DNA of 54,426 nt, the filler included, from Jimgerdemannia flammicorona (taxonomy: Eukaryota), in the NCBI GenBank assembly GCA_003990765.1. It is 2 parts of 2 records of this genome, joined end to end, with 100 filler letters (N's around TTAATTAATTAA, not from the genome) between each part and the next. Parts side by side here need not be neighbours in the genome. Positions count along the whole stretch, not along the records: positions 27,277 to 54,426 come from RBNJ01000657.1; 1 more part is not named here. One strand, written 5' to 3'. The translations under genes and the position numbers were made by a program. Within the stretch, counting starts at the first letter, position 1, and each line of letters starts with the position of its first letter. Under the pieces are notes generated by a model that worked only from the letters and a program-made list of their open reading frames with translations, was not told where the DNA came from and ran no database searches. Of this stretch, positions 47,525-54,426 are shown in pieces.

Positions 47525-49292
47525 AATGAGTTCCTTTTTGCTCAAACTCTTGAATGAGGTCTTGGGAGTTCTTGAGGTTGGCGGCAGGTTCCCAGGTGGC
47601 ATCATATTCAGAGTAGCCCATCTACTTGACTAGGTATTCTGTATGATGGTATTGGACTTGTTTGTCTAAGATTTTCTTGACTTCATACTCATTGTGGTCT
47701 TCAACTATGACTGGTGCTAATGGTGTCAGAATTCAGCCAGGGTATGGGGGTGACTGGTTCCAGATCTTGAGTTGTGACACATAGAATACTGGGTGTATAC
47801 GCATGGTTGTTGACAAGTTGAGACAGTAAGACCACGTAGAGACTTGCTCAGTAATCTTGAAGGGTCTAAGGTACTTGGGCTGGAATTTGGCTAACTGGTG
47901 GTTGACTTGAGATTGAGCCTTGATGTTGTTGGCTTTGAGTAGAACCATATCACCAATGTTGTATGTGACATCTCGCTGCTTCTTATCTGTATACTTAGCT
48001 TGATGTTGCTGAGCCTTTTGCAGGTTTGTAGTAGCAATCTTGAGAAGGAAATCCATTTTGTCGATAAGGTTCTGGGCTGTGGGGACTTGTGTGTGACTGG
48101 ATTGCTAGAATTGGACTAGACTTGCAGGGGTCTCAGGGTTTTGATCATGAAGTAGCTGAAATGGGGAAAGGCCAGTTGATGATTGGTTGGCATTATTATA
48201 GGCGAACTCGGTATAAGTCAGATAGTGGTCCCAATCATCTTGCTCATAGGACACATAGTTTCTGAGCATTTGTTCAAGTGTTCTGTTCATTCGCTCTGTC
48301 TGTCCATCAGTTTGAGGATGGAAAGCCATAGACATAGCAATTTGGGTTCCAAGGGTCTTGAAGAGTGCTTACCAGAAGTGACTTGTGAACTTGGGGTCAC
48401 AGTTGCTGATAATTACTTGGAGAAGTCCATAATGGCGGAAGACAGTCTTGAAGAAGATTCTTGCAATTTCTGGGGCAGTGGCATTGGTTGTGGTTGGCTC
48501 GGCAATTGTAATCTTGGTGAGATGGTCCACAAATACAACAATAGCATCATAGCCTGTTTTGGTTCATGGGAGTTGTACAATGAAGTCCATTGTGACTTGT
48601 TTGAACTTCTTGGTTGGAATTGACAAGGGTTGTAAAAGACCAGCAAGTGCTTGGTTGCTTGACTTGTTTCTTTGGCAAAGATCGCAGCTTTAGACATACT
48701 CCTTAATTTCCTTGAGCATGTTTGGCCAGTAGTAGTCTCATTGGATATTCTTGATGGTCTTCTCAGTTCCAAGGTGGCCAGCTAGTGGAGAGTCATGGTG
48801 TTCATGAAGAATCTTGTATCATAGTTCAGGGTTGGCAGGAATATATACTTTGTCTTGATAGTATATGAGGTTGTCCTTGATGGTATACTTTTCCTTGAAT
48901 TTCTTGGTGTTCCTTTGTAGAACCAGAGAGTCTTGTTTGTACACCTTCTTGATCTGGTTGAGGAATTCAGGTGCTATGGTGACTTGTAAAATTGCAGCAA
49001 GGTCAGGTCTCCTTGAAAGTGCATCTGGTACAACTAGAGTTTTGCCAGGCTTGTAGATGATGTTTGGGGTAAAGGTCTGAAGCAGTTGACTCCACTTGGC
49101 TTGTTGGCGAGAAAGGGTTAGTTGAGTATTGATGTACTGAAGGGATCTGTGATCAGTGATCACATCGAACTCAACTCCTTCTAGATAGTGTCACCAGGTC
49201 TTGAGGGCATATATGATTGCCAGGAGTTCCTTTTCATGAGTAGCCAGCTTTTGTTCTACTGGGGACAATTTTCTTGACTCAAAGGCAATAGG
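47525..49292 (-). pseudogene. Element D RNase H C-part, integrase and chromodomain
   Basis: TDHRSL, PDALSRRPD, FHPQTDGQTERMNRTLEQMLR, IHPVFYVSQLK, and EYEVKKILD...YLVK*MGY..YDATWEP..NL (chromodomain ~47570-47690). Confidence 0.9.
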
Positions 49293-51263
49293 TCAGTATC
49301 CTTGACCATCATCTTGAGAAATGACTGCACCAATGGCAAAGTTAGATGCATCTGTAGTAACTGTGAACTTCAAGTTTGGGTCTATGTTTCTAAGGACAGG
49401 TGCATGGGTCAGGTGGTTCTTGAGTTCTTGAAAGGCTTGTTGACAGAAGACATCCCAGATGTAGGGAACATAGAGGTCAGAGTTGGATTCCTTTCGCAGG
49501 AGGTTTGTCAAAGGTTCTGCGATGCTAGAGAAGTTCTTGACAAATTGACGGTAGTATCCAGCCAGACCAAGGAAGGACCTAAGTTCAGTGAGGTTTGCAG
49601 GTACAGGCCACTGTTCAATGGCTTGTATTTTCCTTGGGTCTACTTGAATTCCTTTGGCTGATACAATGTGTCCAAGGTATTTGACTTGATCCTTGAAAAA
49701 TTCACATTTCTTGAGCTTTGCATAGAGCTTGTTCTCACGGAGGATCTTGAGGACTTGTTCGATGTGCTTGAGGTGTTCTTCTTTGATGCTACTGAAGATC
49801 AGGATGTCATCAATATACACAAGTATAAAGATATAGAGCTGATCCTTGAAGACAGTTTGCATGAGGTCTTGAAAGGTTGCTGGTATATTGGTGAGACCAA
49901 AGGCCATGACTAGAAACTCATAGAGTCCAAAGGGTGTCATGAAGGCAGTCTTGGATATATCTTCTGGCTTGATTCGAATTTGGTGATACCCAGAGGTGAG
50001 ATCAATCTTGGTGAAGTACTTTGCATTCTTGAGTGTATCAAAGATTTGATCTATGAGTAGTAGTGGATAGTAATTCTTAACAGTGATCTTGTTGAGTGCT
50101 CGGTAGTCTATGCACATTTGCAGAGTATCATCCTTTTTCTTGACAAATAGGACTGGGGAGCCAAAGGGTGACTTGCTTGACTGAATGGCTCCTCGCTCGA
50201 TGAGTTCGTTGAGTTCCTTCTTGACTGCTTCAATTTTGAGTGGAGACATGTGGTACATTTTCTTCTTAGGTATAGCTGCATTAGATACCAACTTGATTTC
50301 GTGGTCATGGTCTCTTGAAGGTGGTAGACCAGGTAGTTTGTCTGGGAAGACATCCTTGTACTTGTTCAGCAGTAACTTGACGCTTTCATCAATTGATAGC
50401 TTCTTGTCTTCTTTCTTTGGTCGGATCAGTATCACAAAGGCACAGGTAGCTTTCTTGAGGGCCTTCTTGAACTGGATTGCTGAAAGGGTAGCAATTGGGG
50501 TTCTTGTCTGAGTCTTGTCTGGCTTGATGGTAATGTTGACTCCATCTTGAATCAAGGTGACTTCATTCTTGGTCCAATCAATCTGGGGGTTGTGCCGCAT
50601 AAGCCAGGGTTTGCCTAGGATCAGGTCATGGTCTCCTAGTGGTGCTACCTCGAAATCTAAATGTTCCCAGTACTTCTGGATCTTGAGGGAAAGTTTAGCG
50701 GCAATTGAGTCAATTGGTAAGATGGTGCCATCTGCAGTGACAACTCCACCATTCTTGCCAGCTGGTTTGGTGAGAATCTTGAGCTTATCGATGAGGTTCT
50801 TGTTGATGAAGTTCCCAACAGCTCCACTGTCTATGAGAACATCTAGTTCTTGTCCCTTGACTAGACCTTTGAAAATGAGCATTGAATTGGCTTGGTTCTC
50901 AGCTATGTTTGTAACTTTGTCAGTACTGCCAAAGTCTTTCTGATCTCGCTTAGTGGAAGATAGCTTGGTAACTTCTTTGACAACTGATAGGGTGGCTTGC
51001 TCTAGAATGAGCTGTGCAATTCTATCTCCTTCATTGATGGTATATGGCTGGTTCTTGTGGTTGACTAGCAGAACTTGCATTTCACCTCGGAAGTCAGGGT
51101 CTATGACTCTAGCACCAACATCCAATGAGTGCTTGAAGCTAAGGCCAGATCTTGGTGCAATTCTTATATAATGTTCCTTGGGGATTTCGACTAAAAGGCC
51201 AGTTGGAATGAGCCTTCTTTCATGTGCCGGAATAGTGACTTTTTGTACTGCTTGAAGGTCCAA
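49293..51263 (-). CDS. Open 656-aa segment of element D pol: dUTPase-protease-RT-RNase H start
   Basis: [54 protein letters not shown]. In frame with upstream gag across a single TAG (51282-51284). Confidence 0.92.
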   Translation of the reverse strand: MDLQAVQKVTIPAHERRLIPTGLLVEIPKEHYIRIAPRSGLSFKHSLDVGARVIDPDFRGEMQVLLVNHKNQPYTINEGDRIAQLILEQATLSVVKEVTKLSSTKRDQKDFGSTDKVTNIAENQANSMLIFKGLVKGQELDVLIDSGAVGNFINKNLIDKLKILTKPAGKNGGVVTADGTILPIDSIAAKLSLKIQKYWEHLDFEVAPLGDHDLILGKPWLMRHNPQIDWTKNEVTLIQDGVNITIKPDKTQTRTPIATLSAIQFKKALKKATCAFVILIRPKKEDKKLSIDESVKLLLNKYKDVFPDKLPGLPPSRDHDHEIKLVSNAAIPKKKMYHMSPLKIEAVKKELNELIERGAIQSSKSPFGSPVLFVKKKDDTLQMCIDYRALNKITVKNYYPLLLIDQIFDTLKNAKYFTKIDLTSGYHQIRIKPEDISKTAFMTPFGLYEFLVMAFGLTNIPATFQDLMQTVFKDQLYIFILVYIDDILIFSSIKEEHLKHIEQVLKILRENKLYAKLKKCEFFKDQVKYLGHIVSAKGIQVDPRKIQAIEQWPVPANLTELRSFLGLAGYYRQFVKNFSSIAEPLTNLLRKESNSDLYVPYIWDVFCQQAFQELKNHLTHAPVLRNIDPNLKFTVTTDASNFAIGAVISQDDGQGY

Positions 51264-51281
51264 ACCAATGGCTCCTTCTGA

Positions 51282-52367
51282 CTATACTTGAGGGATCTGG
51301 GCCTTGGGGTTGACTCGCATGAAATTGAGTATAACTTCTTGTTCGACTGGTTGACCTTGAGTGTCTTTGGACAGGACCAGGATCCTCTTTGGTTCTGCAG
51401 TTTTCTTGGGACATTTGGTTGCAATGTGACCAGGCTGACGGCAAAAGAAGCAGGCTCCAGCCTTCTTGAGGCGCTCCTTTTCCTCAGGTGTAAGTTTGCC
51501 TTTCTTGCTCTTGTTGATGGTGTCTAGGTCCATGGGGGCAGGTCCAACAGTTCTGACTTTGGGTTCCTCCCTTCTGTGGTTATTGTTGTTGTTGAAAGGC
51601 AGTCTCTTCTGTTCAAAGCGGTGACCATAGGTAATGACATCAAACCTATCAGCAATTTTCATTGCTGTGTCTAGGTCCTTGGGTTCTTCTAGTTCAACAC
51701 GAACTCAAGTTTGGCCTTTCAAACCTCGGATGTACTTGTCAACCTTCTCATCTTCAGTGACATGTGGTAATTCTAGCAGAATTAACAGGAATTGTGCATT
51801 ATATGCTTGTACAGACTTGAGTTGTTTGACGTTTACCAGACAGTCTCGTGCAGTCTTGGTGCTGTTGACTGGTTTGAATTGGCCTTAAATAGTATCAGAG
51901 AATTCGCCCCAGGTCTTGATTTGGCCAGAGAATCTGGTATTCTGGACATGATTTCACCACCAGATTGCAGCATTCCCTCAGAGGAGTGTGGTGGCAAATT
52001 GGACTAGTGTTGTTTCTTCCAAATTGATCAGTTCTCCATATTGCTCTAATTGGAAAAGCCAGGTGTCAGTAGACAGTCCTCCTCTTTGATCATCAAAGGT
52101 GTCAGGCTTCTGAGGCTTGATAGTGACTGCTGTCAGATGTATTGATGTCAGTGGAGGTATGGAGGTATGAGCGGAGGCCTTGCTTTCCTTTCTTTCTACA
52201 CATTCTTGAAGTTGGATAATCTGAGCTAATGCAGTTTGCAAAAGACTCTCGATGGACTCAGTTGACTGGGTGGAAATTAGCTGTTCCTCTTCTTCTTCTT
52301 GCTGGTGGTAAGAGGCATTGCCTGGACCATAGGTACTGTATGAAGGGTTTCACCCATTGTCCTCCAT
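51282..52367 (-). pseudogene. Element D gag with zinc knuckle
   Basis: KPDTFD...TWLFQLEQY, GPAPMDLD, CFFCRQPGHIATKC; internal stops. Confidence 0.88.
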
Positions 52368-52421
52368 AGTGTTATGACTGATATCTTGAGAGGTGTCTTG
52401 ATAAGGCGAGGTGTAACTTCA

Positions 52422-52433
52422 CTGCTGCTACCA
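52422..52433 (-). other. PBS of element D (tRNA-iMet type)
   Basis: TGGTAGCAGCAG, 2 nt after the 5' LTR; complementary to the ...GCUACCA end of eukaryotic initiator tRNA-Met. Confidence 0.8.
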
Positions 52434-52435
52434 AG

Positions 52436-52838
52436 TGTAATAATTCTAGTTTCTAAATGAGAAAGCGACTAATTCTGGTAGTCCTAAGTAACTCAAAGAG
52501 ATACTAAGGATTCAAGTGTTCTCGAAGGATTTCTGGGAGAAAATATTCTGAGGCTTTATTCATGAGAACAAAGGGGATATTTATACAAGATCTGAAAGAA
52601 GGATCCAGAAGGATCTGAGAAATCAAAGGAAAATGCCAAGAGGAAAGTTCTTGGCAAAGATGACAAATGGTGACAAATAAAGTTCTACAAGTTTCCAGGA
52701 TATTCAGTGACTAACTAAATAAGTACTAGTTAATGCTTGGTGCCAAGAAAGGATTTCTAAGCATTCGGAAAGTACCAGAAGGTTGTAGAATATTGAAGAA
52801 AGACAAAGAAAAGGAATAAACTATGCTAAAATGTTACA
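52436..52838 (-). repeat. 5' LTR of element D
   Basis: 403-bp direct repeat of 46807-47209. Confidence 0.95.
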
Positions 52839-53200
52839 ATAACAATTGATGATTGAGAGAGAGATAAACAAACCAATAATAGTAGAAGTCAGAAGACAAA
52901 CAAATAATAATAGATAATAGAAGACAATTGATAGTAGAGGTTAGAAGATAAATAATAAAGAGTAATAATAGAAGTTAGAGAATAAATGAGTAAGATAGAT
53001 AATGATAAATAATGGTAAAGATTAGATAAGAATAAATGAGCAATAAAAGGACAGATAATAGTGAAAGTTAAAGAATGCTATATAGCAAGGTAACAATAGA
53101 GAGATTAATGGAGTGAGTCAGTACAGAGGATGAATGAACAAGTAAGTAATAACAGAGAATAAATAAGATAATAATAGGATAAATAAGTGAGCAAAACCCT
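52839..53200. repeat. Continuation of the A-rich minisatellite
   Basis: Same AATAGTAGAAGT-type units as 46374-46806. Confidence 0.6.
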
Positions 53201-53279
53201 TCAATCTCTGCAATGTGCTTAATACTTACTCTCAAGACTAGATGTACTATATAGTGAGAGTAATAGAGACAAACAAGTA

Positions 53280-54426
53280 GCAGCTCCTTTCTCCGCTATC
53301 TTACCAGTCACAAGGTTTGGTAGGTGACCTTCCGAGTCCCCTTTCCCCTAATATTACCCCCTCTACCTCGGATTGGTTTGCTGTGCCTGCAGGGGTATGG
53401 TGGGAGGAGGGCAATGGTGATGAGTTGCCTCCTTATTGGTGTCAGATCGGTACTTCCTCCACTTTTTCGTAGATTCTGATGCCTTCAGCTGCGTCTGGGG
53501 TGTACTTGTTTTGGTGCGGCACCTTCTTCCTTTTGCCATCGCCAACAAGGTGTTGTCTCAGTATGTCTTGGGCTACGTAGGGAGTTGGCCGATCTTGGGC
53601 ATCAAGTGCCCAGTATAGGTTACCTGCAGGTCTTCGGTGCCTGTGGTGGGGCCCTCTGGCTTTGGTGAGCTTCCCGGCGAGTGTGGTTCTGGCATAGGTG
53701 ACTGCTTTTTGGGTGTTGTCAGGTTGGGAGGGGAGATGGCCATCACAGATAGGAGGAAGGGCAATAATGGTGGACCAGTAGGGTGCCAGGCTGGGGGCGG
53801 TCATTGGGGCTGAGGCAGGTGCTGCTTCGGTGGGGCCTTTTGATTGGTGCGGCGCAGTTAGGTGGTAGGTGTCACTCTCGGCTTCTTTTGGCGAGTAGCA
53901 GGGTGAGGCCCCAGTCGTCAGGGGGGGTCGGGGGCCTGAGGCTACTCATTTCAGGCATCTTGGCTGCACTTAACTGGAACAAGCTGACATGGCAACGTGA
54001 TCGAGGCCCACAGGCTTGAGTAGTGGGGTATTGGGGGTTTCCTCCCACCTCATGTGTAAGTCCTTTACTCACCTTGACTGGGAGAACCAGGCCCTACCCA
54101 CCATGTTGTGCTTTGATGAGGGTTTTTTCTTTGCCTGTCATTCTCTTTGGGGTGGCAGGGGCTATTCTATTCAGCTCGGGCATAGCCTTGTACATACGTT
54201 GGGTTCTCGGGCATACGCTTTTGGTTGTTGGCATATGGCTGGGTTTCCCCTGGTAGTAGGGAGAGCATGGTGTGCAGAATGAGGTATGGGCTTATCAGCC
54301 CTGCTGCGTCTGGCATGGTCGAGCTGCTGGACAATAGCTAGCCTAGGTTTATGGGGGGGCAGTGCTTGGTGGGTGGTGGGGGAGGGTTTTGGCCTATACA
54401 GTCTAGGTTCCCTTCCAATAAAATTC
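53280..54426. other. Unidentified GC-rich segment running off the window
   Basis: Abrupt compositional shift with CpG retained; short ORFs (e.g. 53442-53804 on minus) without recognisable motifs. Confidence 0.3.

Larger units (their letters stand above)
46807..52838 (-). mobile_element. Full-length chromovirus (Ty3/Gypsy) element D, 6032 bp, inactivated by point mutations
   Basis: 403-bp LTRs, exact 5-bp TSD ATAAC (46802-46806 / 52839-52843), PBS, PPT, and gag-dUTPase-PR-RT-RH-INT-chromodomain. Confidence 0.96.

Noticed and set aside
47222..47525. Extra 3' ORF in element D like the one in B
   Set aside because: No consistent frame or YYxIG motif found by manual translation.
51282..51284. 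TAG between gag and pol of D as programmed readthrough
   Set aside because: It falls inside the dUTPase N-terminus and fits CAG>TAG decay like the other stops in this element.
49293..51330. dUTPase-PR order as evidence of an endogenous betaretrovirus
   Set aside because: RT/INT motifs, the chromodomain, the iMet-type PBS and the lack of env indicate a chromovirus.

Overview
This window is almost entirely nested eukaryotic transposable elements, and no host gene is recognisable. A fungal origin is an inference from the chromovirus-type and dUTPase-bearing Ty3/Gypsy elements. Left to right: (1) a decayed hAT transposase C-terminus; (2) a 3'-truncated Gypsy element A carrying a tiny poly(A) insertion; (3) a full-length relative, Gypsy B (7772-23654, ~1.29 kb LTRs), inserted in a Copia integrase relic and itself interrupted in gag by a full-length L1/Tx1-like LINE with a 15-bp TSD; (4) a second Copia relic; (5) a young, CpG-rich LTR (E) holding a ~400-codon ORF, cut by a 100-bp N/TTAATTAATTAA assembly linker; (6) three more same-orientation LINE copies abutting head-to-tail; (7) a non-autonomous chromovirus-like element C (gag-dUTPase-PR only); (8) a full-length chromovirus D (gag-dUTPase-PR-RT-RH-INT-chromodomain); (9) an unidentified GC-rich tail. 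All four Gypsy bodies encode dUTPase, in two different positions. Main observation: an apparently uncharacterised accessory protein (motif Q-x3-YY-x-IG-x2-L, acidic tail) sits in the env position of element B, coupled to integrase by an ATGA overlap, and also inside the U3 of the unrelated LTR E. The sister LTRs of element C carry a different ORF body with the same C-terminus, which suggests a swappable LTR gene cassette. Older copies show heavy C>T/G>A transition decay. All alignments and counts were done by eye.
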